The translations under genes were made by a program, and so were the position numbers. A stretch of DNA of 44,432 bases from Octopus bimaculoides (taxonomy: Eukaryota): NCBI RefSeq assembly GCF_001194135.2, contig NC_068991.1, positions 74,592,747 to 74,637,178 of the forward strand, in the 5' to 3' direction. Shown piece after piece: positions 23,370 to 35,607 of the stretch (the first letter of the stretch is position 1; every line of letters starts with the position of its first letter). The notes under the pieces are model-generated. The model saw nothing but the letters and a program-made list of their open reading frames with translations, had not been told where the DNA came from and did no database searches.

Positions 23370-23890
23370 TATTTCGGTACCGTTTCTAATATAAGGTCAG
23401 CAATTCTGAGAGGATGGGGCAAGTCGATTACATCGACCCCAGTACTTGTCTGGTACTTTGTTTTATGGACACCCCCAACGGTTGGANNNNNNNNNNNNNN
23501 NNNNNNNNNNNNNNNNNNNNNNNNNNNNNNNNNNNNNNNNNNNNNNNNNNNNNNNNNNNNNNNNNNNNNNNNNNNNNNNNNNNNNNNNNNNNNNNNNNNN
23601 NNNNNNNNNNNNNNNNNNNNNNNNNNNNNNNNNNNNNNNNNNNNNNNNNNNNNNNNNNNNNNNNNNNNNNNNNNNNNNNNNNNNNNNNNNNNNNNNNNNN
23701 NNNNNNNNNNNNNNNNNNNNNNNNNNNNNNNNNNCGATGACAATTATCCTATAGGTACTAATTTGATCTAATCTGAAAGGATGAAAGGTAAGGTCGACGT
23801 CGGCGGAATTTCAACCCAAAACGTAAAGACGGACGAAATGCTGCTGAGCATTTTGTCCGGCGCGCTAACGATTCTGCCAACTCGGCACCA
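23370..23890 (-). mobile_element. SINE family B sequence on both sides of a gap
   Basis: GTCGATTACATCGACCCCAGTAC and GGATGAAAGGTAAGGTCGAC...GGAATTT motifs match family B. Confidence 0.65.
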
Positions 23891-23998
23891 TAAATCTGTG
23901 TATAAAACTGATAATTCCTATTCTCTGAAATTCGGACAATAATTAAATGAAGAGTTTAATAAAAAAAAAAAAAAAAGCGTGAAGATTGATAGATTGAA

Positions 23999-24080
23999 CC
24001 GCCTATGATCCTACATTGGTAAATTGGGCCACTTCTGATTCTACATTGGCAGGTTGGGCCGCCTCTGATCCTACATTGGG
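23999..24080 (+). repeat. 30-bp tandem repeat, 2.7 copies (CCGCCTCTGATCCTACATTGG..)
   Basis: Units start at 23999, 24029 and 24059. Confidence 0.9.
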
Positions 24081-24731
24081 ATAAACAAGAGCAGCAATTT
24101 TTTAGTTATCCTGTTTCTTTCCCTCCCAGCTTACCAGCTTTATTCTGCATCGTGCACAGACACATTTAATTAAAATAATTACATGGCTTTTATTACGAAG
24201 CAAGCACGAACTGACAACAGTGCATCAGATAGACTAATTATATATTCATTGTTGGTAACATAATAGAATGCTAATGATAATTAAAAAAAGAGAAAAAAAC
24301 ACAAAAACCAAAATTAGTTTCTCTTGCCCTCTACTAAAATCTTATTAAACAGTAGCTGAAATACCCGACGTTACCCAAGTCAATCACTTAAAAAATTAAC
24401 AATAACACCGCAAAGCTCTTTATCTTATATACAGTAAATCTTTTCGATAAAAAACACTCAGCGAAATTTCGAACTAAAAGTACTTTGTAGACTTTTCTAT
24501 CTTTTTTCTTTTAAGAATATATTTTTGTTTGATGTCCAAATTCCAAACATATGCAAGTTCAATTCTGTAAAAATCTGTACAGAAATTCCAATCTTGTGAA
24601 TCTCTTTTGAGTTTCTGTCTAAATGTAATCCTTACCCCAACTCATAATTGTAATCCTAATCCTGAGTACTAACACGAAATCCTAACGTTAAATGCTGACC
24701 CTCAGCGGAGCGAGAAAGAGAATGATGGGTG

Positions 24732-24772
<41 letters not shown>

Positions 24773-25092
24773 AGAGGGAGAGAAAGAGAAAGATAGTGAG
24801 GGCGAAGCAAAAAAGAGCGTGATATGCAAGATGTGTGTGTGTATGTGCGTATGTCTGTGTGTATGTAGAGAGAAGGAGGAGATGAGAAATAAGAATGAGT
24901 TTGGTTTAATCACACATATAGTTGTTGTGGGATTCAGTTACTTCTATTCATGTGCGTAATTTCATAAGTGTATACATGTTAATAGAGAAACCTTTGACCT
25001 AAATCATTTTTTTCATTAAACGTGACAACGTGTGACATTGACTGAACACTATTCAATTTTTTTTCTCCGTGTTTTTCTCCTTGTCTCCGTAT

Positions 25093-25129
25093 TCTTTCTG
25101 TTGAAGAGCGTAGCTCGAAACGTCAAAGA
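25093..25129 (+). ncRNA. Minimal type I hammerhead-ribozyme-like motif (variant core), likely PLE-derived
   Basis: TCTTT / CTGTTGA-A / GAGC-GTA-GCTC / GAAA-CG-T-C / AAAGA. Stems I and II pair perfectly; A6 is replaced by U. Confidence 0.5.
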
Positions 25130-25204
25130 CCTTCCGTATTCCCGAGCGTCATACTAATATATCCTTTTGTTATTTACACCACCTGTCCTCGTCTGTTGTT
25201 ATTA

Positions 25205-25500
25205 TTTGTATATTCTCCTACATACATACATACTGGGGCATTGGGATATGTAACGAACTGCCCCAACAAAAATCTGGAAAAAATAGGGTTCTCAAAACCT
25301 GAAAGAAAAAGGCTGATTAGAAGACTACAGATTCAAGCCATCAATGGAACTGTAAAGATATGTAAAACTTTCCAAACATTTAGCACATAAATACATATGC
25401 ATGCATCTAGACATAAAAACGTATCCATAAAACAAACATACAAATCTGCGCATACACTAACACCAAATACTGCACACACACACATATGCACAAATACCTA
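25205..25500 (+). mobile_element. Short R4/Dong-type 3' terminal fragment
   Basis: GALGYVTNCPNKNLEKIGF...LQIQAINGTVKICKTF, homologous to the ends of the copies at 20700-20830 and 21360-21520. Confidence 0.75.
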
Positions 25501-26019
25501 GATGATGTTGATAAAAGTTCCAATGAAGGAGCCTTGAATCTATGTTAGAGTCCGGCTCTTTCTCTTTTGGCAAGAAATAAAGAAATGAAACTGATTGATA
25601 ACATACATACATACATACATTGTGTTCATTGGTTATCGTCTGTCTGCTACGACTCGATTTTGTAAACCGATTGAAAGCGCGCGCGTGCGTGTTCCTGAAT
25701 GGCAGCTGTATTAACGTTAGCACCCCACTACCAATCCATATTTGTCGCTTACACAACTCTATTCTCCCCTTCCCTGATATCAGTCAGTCTCCCTATGCAA
25801 ACTCATTTCCCTCACACTAACACTCTTGCACCCTTCTCATTTTATCCAAAAGTAGACCACCCTACCATTACAATTTTATAAGTTATAAGATCAGCCAATA
25901 GGGGATTCTCAACCCGGTCAGTCAACCTTTTAGAAATAGCGACTAAATCTGCCTCAATAGCCATAGCTTGCTACGTTAAGGAAAGATCCATTTGACAAAA
26001 ATCGACAGAGGAGAAGCAC

Positions 26020-26365
26020 TACAAAACAAAGACACATTACGTAGCAATACGACTTCACTCGACAATGCCGGTCGGCAGGCTGACGCCTAAGGATTGCATT
26101 AAGTGACGTCTAGCGGTGGAAGCCTGAACTACAACGGGCTTGTCCCACAGACAACGTTTCCGGTTACTTTTGGGTACCTCCTCGTAGAGACGAAAGAAAT
26201 GCCGCCAAGCATTTTGCCTGACGTGCTAACGATTCTTCCAGCTCGTCGCCTTTCATCGTTTAGAAACCTTCCCTTCCAGCAACGGGAAATAAAGTGACTT
26301 GCTCAAGAACACAACATACAGCCCGATCTAGGAATCGAACTCGTTATCTAACCACCGAGCCATTA
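26020..26365 (-). mobile_element. tRNA-derived SINE-like copy
   Basis: Minus-strand GGCTCGGTGGTTAG and GAGTTCGATTCC boxes, CTTGCTCAAGAACACAAC body. Boundaries approximate. Confidence 0.6.
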
Positions 26366-26367
26366 GT

Positions 26368-27330
26368 ACGCAGCACTGACAGCCCACTCTGAGGAATAGA
26401 TGCAGCACCTTATAGACAAACTCTCAAAGGCCTGTCAGGAATTCAGCCTGACTATCAGTCTGAAGAAAACCGTAGAACTGAGCCAAGATGCCACCACCAT
26501 CACCACCAACACCTACAAGCTGGAGGTAATCCATGAATTCACCTACCTCAGCTCTGCCATCGCTGATAATCTCTCCCTGGACCCTGAGATCAAAAAGCGA
26601 ATTGGACAAGCATCCTCCACATTTGCCAGGCTCACGAAGGGAGTCTAGGAAAACAGAAAACTGGCTGAAAACATCAAGATTGCTGTCTATAAGGTGTGCG
26701 TATTTAGTACACTACTTTACGGCAGTGAGACTTGGAGCCTCTACTCCAGACAGGAGAGGCGTCTCAACGTCTTCCACCTTCGTAATTTGAGACGCATCTT
26801 GGATATCAAGTGGAGCGACCTCATCACCAACACTCAAGTCCTCAACCCTACCAAGATAGCCAATGTAGTCACCCTGTTCCAGCAGCGTCGTCTGCGCTGG
26901 CTCGGTCATGTACATAGCATGCCGGACGGGAGGACTTCAAAACACCTTCTGTATAGGGAATAGCCACCGGCACGAGAGCACGAAGACGACCTCATCTTCG
27001 TTTCAATATGCAAGAGAGATATGAAATCGCTTGACATGGACGTTCTTAGATGGGAGAAGATCGCAAATGATTGCCCAGGCTGGAGACAAATTCTGCGAAA
27101 ACGGATGAAGTTAGGGTAAGAAAAACAGGAACTCGTTACTAAAGAAAAGCGCACTCGACAGAAGGAAAACCAGTAGCGCTGACAGAGAGCTCCTTCAAAT
27201 GCAGTCGCTGTATACAAGACAGCCACTCCCGTGTGGGCCTCTACACCCACGAAAGACGCTGCACTACGATCAGCAACTGACAGTTTCTTCGAGCGCAGGT
27301 CCATGGTCTCTCTAGACCAGCGGATGCCTT
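26368..27330 (+). mobile_element. RTE-BovB-like LINE, 5'-truncated, degenerate
   Basis: FSLTISLKKT, FTYLSS, RIGQASSTFARL, STLLYGSETW, FHLRNLRRIL.IKW, RRLRWLGHV..MPDGR. 3' end CCATGGTCTCTC.AGACC..CGGATGCC. Confidence 0.9.
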
Positions 27331-27489
27331 CTATTATATATATGCTCTTAAACAGAATGGGATGAGGGTAAAAGATAAATGGAAAAAGGAAAATAAAATA
27401 AAAAATCAGAGAAAAAAACGTGTCTGGTGTAATTTATTTTAAAGCAAAATAAAGTGATGTAATTCGCATACATACAATAATCTATCAGG

Positions 27490-28400
27490 CCATAGCTTGT
27501 GGCTTTCGATTTTGATGTCAAACAAAATGCTCAGCAGAATTTCTCACAGCTTTATATTCTGAGTTCAAATTCCACCGAGGTCGACTTAGTCTTTCATGAA
27601 AATAAGTACCAGTTAATCATTGGGGTCGATGTAATCGACTAGCCCCCTTCCCCTAAATTTCAGGCCTTGTGCTTATAGCAGAAAGGATTATTAATTTGGG
27701 AGGTAAGTCGTCAAACTAGCTGAATCTCTAGCGTATCGAACAAAATGCTTTGTAGAATTTTTTCCGGATTTACGTTCCGAGTGTAAGTTTCACCGAAATC
27801 GAATATTTCATCCTTTCAGGGTTGATAAAATACGGATCATTCAAGTATCGAAGCCGATGCAATCGACAAGGCTCCTCCCGCAATATTTCAAGTCTTGTAT
27901 AATAGAGTAGAAATAACAAGTATTATATAAGCTAAGGTGGAGGCGTGTGGCTCAGTGGTTAGAGTATCGTAAGATTGTGGTTTCGATTCCTGGACCGGGT
28001 GACGCGTTGTGTTCTTGAGCAAAACACTTCATTCCACGTTGCTCCAGTACACTCAGCTGGCAAACATGAGTAATCCTGCGATGGGCTGGCGTCCCATCCC
28101 GATGGAGAATATATACACCACTGAAACCGGGAAACCTGTCCTCATGAGCCTGGCCTGGCTCGAGAAGGATATGCTTATTTTATATAAGGCGGTGAGCTGG
28201 CAGAATCGTTAGCGCCTCGGGTAAAATGCTTAGAAGCACTTCAGGTTCTACATTTTGAGTTCAAATTGTGACGAGGTGGACTTTGCCTTTCATCCGTTTG
28301 AAGTCTATAAAATAAGTACCAGTTGAGCACTGGGGTCGATGTAACCGACTTACACTCACCACCTTAAGATTCTGACGAAATTTGAACCCTTTATTAATTT
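27490..28400 (+). mobile_element. Cluster of SINEs: family B at ~27490-27690, ~27705-27900, ~28188-28400; family A-type head at ~27937-28170
   Basis: Repeated GAGTTCAAATT...GAGGTCGACTT...ATAAGTACCAG cores. A/B boxes GTGGCTCAGTGGTTAG and GTTTCGATTCC at 27945-27995. Confidence 0.78.
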
Positions 28401-28464
28401 GTGTGTGTCATGAAATGCGTATTATGAGGATTTCTCACCAATTCTACATTTAGTTATATATAAG

Positions 28465-28847
28465 CCAGTAGAGGCGCAATGGCCCAGTGGTTAGGGCAGC
28501 AGACTCGCAGTCGTGGGATCGCGGTTTCGATTCCAAGACAGGGCGTTGCGAGTGTTTATTGAGCGAAAACACCTAAAGCTCCACGAGGTTTCGGCAGGGA
28601 TTGGTGACGAACCCTGCTGTACTCTTTCACCACAACTTTCTCTCACTCTTACTTCCTGTTTCTGTTGTGCTTGTAATTCAAAGGGTCAGCCTTGTCACAC
28701 TCTGTGTCATGCTGAATCGCTCCGAGAACTACGTACACGAGTGCTCGTGTCTGTGCTCAGCCACGTACACGTTAATTTCATGAGCAGGCTGTTTGTTCCG
28801 TTGATCGGATCAACTGGAACCCTCGTCGTAACCTAAGAAGTGCCACG
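28465..28847 (+). mobile_element. tRNA-derived SINE family A, full length
   Basis: GGCGCAATGGCCCAGTGGTTAG head, GTTTCGATTCC B-box. Candidate TSD ATATATAAG at 28456-28464 and 28848-28856. Confidence 0.87.
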
Positions 28848-30054
28848 ATATATAAGTTTAACTGTTCATATCGAGGTATTATTTTAACAATGTTTTTATC
28901 TCAGAAGTTATATTGTTTTCAGATGTATTACATTAGATCCTATTTTAAAGGCTATTTCTATGTACAAATTTATCTGTCACCTAATATCGCATGAGGTTCA
29001 GGTACCGTAATCTAACCTCCACTGATACAATCATGAGGTTTCAGCTTTGTTTATTGATACATCGAAGTTCAAATGCACTATCTAGGGCGATCTAGGAAGC
29101 AGTATTAAGTTCTAAGTTATTCTCACAAATAACAAATTCTCGTTCATTAAGCAAGAAATGTTGTGAGATAAAAGCTAAGAGGTCAATGTAATCGACTTAC
29201 GCCATCGCCTTAAAATTACTGACCAAGATTTAAAATTTGAAACCGATGTATTAGTATTCTTTTTTCTTCTCAATTGTAAATAATACTGCTTTCGTTTAGG
29301 TATTTCAAGTCAACCATGATGCTTATATAACATTGCCCACTTTTTCGACTTTAAGTCTCAAATGTTCATGTATACTCACAATAAGATATATTATGTTTAA
29401 AAATACAAGATCGTCAAACATTTAGCAACCTCAGTAGTAAGATAATGGTGGGTCGAGAATCAATTATCGTTTAGCTTGTAAAAGAAACCCTACAGAGAGT
29501 TGATAATTTGAATATTTTAGATTATAGATCCACTCGAATATAATTGCTGAATACAAACCTTTATGACATTACACAAACACCTGAAAAGTAGCAGACTCTC
29601 ACACATAAATATTTACGATTTTATCAAACTCTCTTCTTCTCTCTTTCTCTCTTTCTCTCCCTCCTTCACATTCCGTTCTGTTTTTCTGTTTGCCTCTCAT
29701 CTTCTCTTATTGTCTTTATCTCCCTTTCTCTCTTTGCGTTTCACATTACACTTTCACTCCCATATCCTCACCCTCTCCCTTTCTCTTTGACACACATAAA
29801 CGCAGATATTTGACAAACAACGTTTCAACCGAAATTATATTAAACCCTACGGAAACCTCTTGTAGATTATTTTATCTGAGATTAATTTTGCTTGAATTGT
29901 GACTACGGGAAGCTTTGGTTTACTTCCTATAGATACACCAGCGATTTTCCTGAAGCTACATTCCCGAAGCCTTTCAGGATTATTGATTTCCAAACCTGGG
30001 ATGGTCACCTTGGTCAACACACTCCAAATTAGACAAGTACCCGTACGTTATTAG

Positions 30055-30250
30055 AAATAATAGTTTCAAATTTTGGCACAAGGCCAGACATTTCGGGAGA
30101 GGATAAGTCAATTACATCAACCCCAGTATCCACCTGGTATTTATTTCATCGATGAAGGGCAAAGTCGATCTCGGTGGAATTTGAACTCAGAACATAATGA
30201 ATGCCGCGAAGCATTTTGCCTGGAGTGCTAAGGATTCTGCCACCGCACCA
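30055..30250 (-). mobile_element. SINE family B copy
   Basis: Reverse complement of the GGCAGAATCCTTAG...GAGTTCAAATTCCACCGAG core. Confidence 0.75.
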
Positions 30251-30986
30251 CCTTACATTAGCATAAATAATACAAGTTTATTGATATAGCAACCTACAAG
30301 GCACTAGTCTGCAGGATTCCAGTGAATTAGTCTGGCGGCCGCTGACATTTGAAGGTCTTGCTCATAAATTATTGCGGATTATAGGAGGTTCCGAACCATT
30401 TGTGTTGTACCAGAATAATACGATTAAATTGTAGAAATATATCATTGGTGGCGTTGGCGTCGCTAAGTAATTGCTCGACTTCTTTTTCGACGAGTAGTAG
30501 CTTTAGCAAGTTTTAATTTATCACTGAGTGAGTATGTTTACGTTAAGAAATACGCAACTAAGAAATGCGATGAGAATTGTATAAACAGGCGAGGCATGGC
30601 GTATTTCTTGATGTCGAAAAAAAGCAGTTAAGAATATACTAAGCCTCTGTTAATTATTTTGTTTTATTTAACCCGTTCATCTGACTGGTGCATCTTCACT
30701 ACACAAAAGTGAGAATTATTAAGTGTTCAGAAAATACATACACATACACACACACCCCCGCACATCGCACACGCACATACCACACACGAGCACATGCACA
30801 AAAACGTGAAATGAAATGGGATTATACAATAAGTGTATGTAAATAAGCCTTGAAAGGGCATAAACGTGACGTCACCGAGAAACCTAGTTGAAAGTTGTCT
30901 ATTTCCATATTTAATGTCATTCATTATTTCTAAAGAACGTGAATAAAACTATAACAAAGAGCTTCAAATATATTATGTGAAATCGA

Positions 30987-30987
30987 A

Positions 30988-31042
<55 letters not shown>

Positions 31043-31072
31043 ATGATTATGATGATGATAATGATAATAATT
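30987..31072 (+). repeat. (GAT)n microsatellite
   Basis: Read directly. Confidence 0.95.
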
Positions 31073-33099
31073 GACTTCAAGTGTTATATCTCAGGTCATA
31101 TGTTTCTATCTGTGATTTAGCATTAGATTAAGATTTTTTTTGTTTCTTTTAATTTGCTTTATTTTGGTGTTTGTGGGGTTGGCTTGGAGTAAGGTGTTGG
31201 CAGGTTGACAATGATAACTAACTTCCCCAATTTCACGCTAGGACACAGATACACCATTCTGTCAAAAGACCGTCATGCTTCTATTTCACAAACGATATCT
31301 ATATGTTTTGTATTCGTCGTTTGCTTGTAAGCTTTTCGCCCTTAGTTCGTTAATTTCCTGGGTCAGCTGAAATTTACTTTCTGACACTCAACTGTTGTCA
31401 TTGTTCAGTGAAGACATTTGCTCTTTTACTCCCTCCTTTTCTTTCATAAAAAAATTTGTTTTCTGGTTGCTGTTTTTCCTGTTACGTTCCTGCAAATGTT
31501 CCCATTTGTCAAGCTTCCTCACAATGGCATCTTTAGATTTTAACGCTTCTGTTAAACACTGTGTAGGCTCTTCTGCGATACCTTTGAAAGACTTCGTCTC
31601 TTCTACAAAGATTTGACGGGAATCTTTGCACTTATGACTCAACATTTCTTTTATTTTCAGACATCTTTCCATATTGACTTCTCTATCGGAACGTTCCATT
31701 TCTAGGAAACGGACTTTTTCATTTAGCTTTACAATATTGACATTGAGAAGAGATTTCACATCATCTGCCTCACTTCTCGTTGCTTTGCCAACATCTTCCA
31801 TCAAGTCATCAACGACTTTCTGTAAACAGATGACATATTCTTGTTTGTATACAGAAACCTCTTTGACCAGATCTTTATCTAGAATTGCATTTTCCACAGT
31901 TTGTTGAGCATTTTTCCTGTTTTCCACCAGAGGTCGTTCCACCATAACTCCAGCCTTCATCCTGCACCGTGTTTTGAGCTCCACCATCCCCACACATCCA
32001 TGAAATGAGTCTCTCGCACTACATTGAAGCAGTATTTCCGATCTCGGGGGGATCACTGTCGTCTGTAACGCTCTCACCTCACCACCATCAGTGGCCCGCT
32101 TTACCACCTCGACAGGAACTGACCTTCCTTGCACCGAAATTTTCATGGAGAAGTTGTCTAGTTGACACCCCATGGACGCCAAGTAGCCCAAAACCAAGTG
32201 ACAAGGACCCTCCATCTCCACCACGTAGACAGGAAGCGTGACCCCTCACCCTGTAACTTTAGTCAGAACATCAACTGGTTCCCTCAGTTCAGTACAGCAC
32301 CCGGTAACACCACACAGCTGCTGTGATGACTCTGGTAGGTCTCGATGCTGTCACACCCCGGGTCTCACGAAAGTCTTCTCCGAGGCCGAAATCACAAGCG
32401 GACACTTCGGACCATCAAACCTCCCAACCACTTGTCATCTTCTCAGGGGTGGGGGTTTCTTTGAAATTCTCGGCTGGATGTTGCCCCTTAACACCAGCCC
32501 CTTCAAGTTTCCCGACTCTCCTTTATCTTCTCTTACCTTCTTCTTACTCTTCATTCTTGTAAGACAGTCAAGACTCAGATACCCTTTTTCACCACACTCT
32601 AAATGGGAACTTTCTACTGCCGTCCTTATGCCCTTGTGCTTCTTGTGCCCTGGCTTCCCATAGTGCCAGCAATTTCCTGCAACCATCTCTTGTTCTTTCT
32701 TCTTCAAACTGCCCTATCTTTTATGCCCTGACTTCTTGCAGTATCAGCAACCTTCATTAAGTCTTCTTGCTTCAGGTAGTGACCTCTGCTTTGGTTCTTT
32801 AGCCACTGACAACTGGCTAAGCACCGCTAGTAGCAAGCTGAACTGCTCTTTGGGAATCGTCACACCCATTCTGGTCAGCCAGTAGCTCAAACTGGACACA
32901 GTAGGCTTGCACCATGTTACTTGCACCATGTGTCCGACTGCGCTTTCTGCTCTTCCATAAACTCAGTCAGTCTGTCACATTGGTCTTGTAATATGATTTC
33001 ATGATTGCAACCAAAAACACATCTTCCTCCCCTATCTGTCTCCCTGCTTGCACTCCTTCCAACTCCATAACGAATAATTGGCTCACTGCAGCAATAGAA

Positions 33100-33117
33100 A
33101 TCCTACTTCTGATATCA
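33100..33117 (-). promoter_or_regulatory. Primer-binding site, tRNA-Leu type
   Basis: TGATATCAGAAGTAGGAT versus the recalled TGGTGTCAGAAGTGGGAT Gypsy PBS: 15/18 match, all differences are transitions. Confidence 0.75.
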
Positions 33118-33119
33118 AA

Positions 33120-33491
33120 TGTTGCAAAATGCGGCCTCTTGATACACTCACACGGATCCAACAGTCAAGTCAGCAGCTAGGAAACCGCAAGCCAGCGCAG
33201 CAAATCAACTTGCTTAGAGTGGAAGAAGTAGTCGGATGTTGGCTGGATGTTTTCTGTAACATCTTCATTACCAAATCCACACTCGATGTTTGTTTACGTT
33301 GCCAACTTCACACTGACAATTTTCGTAGCCAACTTCGCACTCACTGTTTTTGTTGCCAACTTCACACTGACTATTCCATTTTACTGTTTGCTTACATTGT
33401 AACTGACACCGCGCGTTCCTCCGTCATTTCAAATCGTCCACCACACAGCAAAGACGCACAAAAATGTGAAGCATACTTCAAATCTGTCACA
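33120..33491 (-). repeat. Putative 5' LTR (~372 bp) with internal 27-bp triplicated unit (~33298-33378)
   Basis: TG...CA termini directly upstream of the PBS. GTTGCCAACTTCACACTGAC-like unit occurs three times. Confidence 0.72.
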
Positions 33492-33534
33492 TGATCAATA
33501 AAGTTATTTCTCCTCCGTAGCACTATATATATCA

Positions 33535-33750
33535 TTTTAGTATTTTACTTGTTTCAATCATTTGACTGCGGCCATGTTGAAGCATTGCTTGAAGATTTTT
33601 AGTCGAACAAATCGACCCCAGGACTTTTTAATTTTTTTTTAAAGCCTTGTACTTATTTTATTAGGTTTTATAGCCGAACCGCTAAGTTACGGGGGCGTAA
33701 ACACACGAACACCGGTTGTCAAGCTGTGGTGAGGGAACAAACACAGTCAC
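33535..33750 (-). mobile_element. SINE-like dispersed repeat; second copy at 44278-44432
   Basis: Both carry TTACTTGTTTCA.TCATTTGACTG.GGCCATG...CGAACCGCTAAGTTACGGGG.CGTAA. Confidence 0.75.
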
Positions 33751-33786
33751 AAAGACACATGCATACACACACACTCACACACACAT

Positions 33787-33831
<45 letters not shown>

Positions 33832-34087
33832 NNNNNNNNNNNNNNNNNNNNNNNNNNNNNNNNNNNNNNNNNNNNNNNNNNNNNNNNNNNNNNNNNNNNN
33901 NNNNNNNNNNNNNNNNNNNNNNNNNNNNNNNNNNNNNNNNNNNNNNNNNNNNNNNNNNNNNNNNNNNNNNNNNNNNNNNNNNNNNNNNNNNNNNNNNNNN
34001 NNNNNNNNNNNNNNNNNNNNNNNNNNNNNNNNNNNNNTATACACATATATATATATGTATGTATTACCTTATATTATATACTATATC

Positions 34088-34119
<32 letters not shown>

Positions 34120-34727
34120 ATGTATATATAGACAGCTACTATAATAATACTTTTGTGTTTTTCTCCGTCACAACATATGAATGAGAAAGGAAGGGATGAT
34201 AGATGAATAAGGAAGAAAGGGGCGATGGCAAACTGGTGGGATGGTGAACATTCAACGTTGAAAAGGAAAAGCAAACACCGCTTCAACTCTGTGTGAGTCT
34301 ATGTGTGTATGTCTGTATGTGTACAAGAGAATTATGTGAATGTATGTGAACATTGACAAGTGTATTAATTTGATTTACCATTCATATTTATATCTAAAAT
34401 ATTACAATTATTCGTCGTTTTTGACGGCACGGGGTAAGCTAGTATATATAATAATGCTTATGCTATGAACGTTTGCTCCACGTTTAATGTTATTTTAATT
34501 TGTTCTTATTCAGCAGCAGTGATAACATATGACACGTTTTGTTATTGTTAAACTTCCTCAGTCAAGCGTGGCTTTTTTCTCTGCACTATATTATGTATAA
34601 TAGTACAAACTTGTGTTTATACTTGTGTTTATAAGCGTAATTCTTAAAATATTTCCACAATCTTAAAAAACTTAAATCCGTAGGAGGGGTCCAGCGATTA
34701 TCAAGAAATAGGACACATCCTCTAAAC

Positions 34728-35232
34728 CAGTGCTTCTCAACCTCTTCTTAAATCACTTCTGTCTGCTGTAAATACTTTTTTAATGGCCCCTTGTCATGAT
34801 ACAACAAAATTAAATCCGCCGCATATAAATATTGAAAGATATGCACACACAAGTCAGAACGTTACCCAACACTACAGGTGCAGTGGTTGCGTGTGTGGAA
34901 CAGATTTTGAGAATGTCTTAAATCATACTTTTGTTTCTTGTTTGTAATTTACACACATTGTTGATATCTTTGTATTCGGTTTGTGTTAATTTACTTTTAC
35001 ACATTTCCACGTCTGTTATCATTGTCATAATTGCTATGACTGTGCCTGACAAGTAGTCTAATATATTTTACATTTGATAATGCTTTAAAAGTCAATGTTT
35101 CAATTGAAGACAAAGAATAATTAAAAAAACTGCGCAGGTGCAACCATCGCTCCCTACCATTTCCTGTGTCACCAGTAACCATAAAAAATCTTTTTACTGT
35201 TCACCCCCACTAAGGGGTGGTATCACCCACTG
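34728..35232. mobile_element. Probable non-autonomous hAT (Charlie-like) MITE
   Basis: Starts CAGTGCTTCTCAACCT and ends ...CACTG (eroded TIR). Flanks CTCTAAAC / CTCTGAAG resemble an 8-bp TSD (6/8). Confidence 0.45.
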
Positions 35233-35565
35233 CTCTGAAGGTTTGCCCAGATTATGTGCACAGACATGACAGAAGTAAATAGACACGCTTATTATCGTTA
35301 ACGTTTATTAAAATATGAAATTATACGTTCAAATTATTTATTAATTATTATCAAAACATCAAACTTCGGTGAAGAATTGCTGGAATTCCTAACTTACGCT
35401 TTTAACAGCAATACTAAAATATCTCAACAAGCACAACCATAGTAGAATGTTGAATTGTCAAGATATCGTTTTTCGAAATACATTACAAACTGCATATCAA
35501 GGCATGAATGAGGAGACAGCTGACAATGAGTTCTTGACATACATAGTGTGTCCGTGTGTATATGT

Positions 35566-35607
<42 letters not shown>

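Larger units (their letters stand above)
31388..33491 (-). mobile_element. Gypsy-type LTR retrotransposon remnant: 5' LTR, PBS, broken gag/zinc knuckle/protease; no RT, integrase or 3' LTR seen
   Basis: LTR TGTGACA...GCAACA at 33491-33120. PBS follows after 2 nt. Degenerate knuckle CWHYGKPGH. Protease-like KCPLVI.ASEKTFVRP and LPVYVVEMEGPCHLVLGYL...CQLD. Post-protease TTVIPPRSEIL. Confidence 0.8.

Noticed and set aside
28468-28545. tRNA gene
   Set aside because: A/B boxes are present, but there is no complete cloverleaf and the sequence continues into a ~380-bp SINE body with a TSD. The same applies to the other SINE heads.
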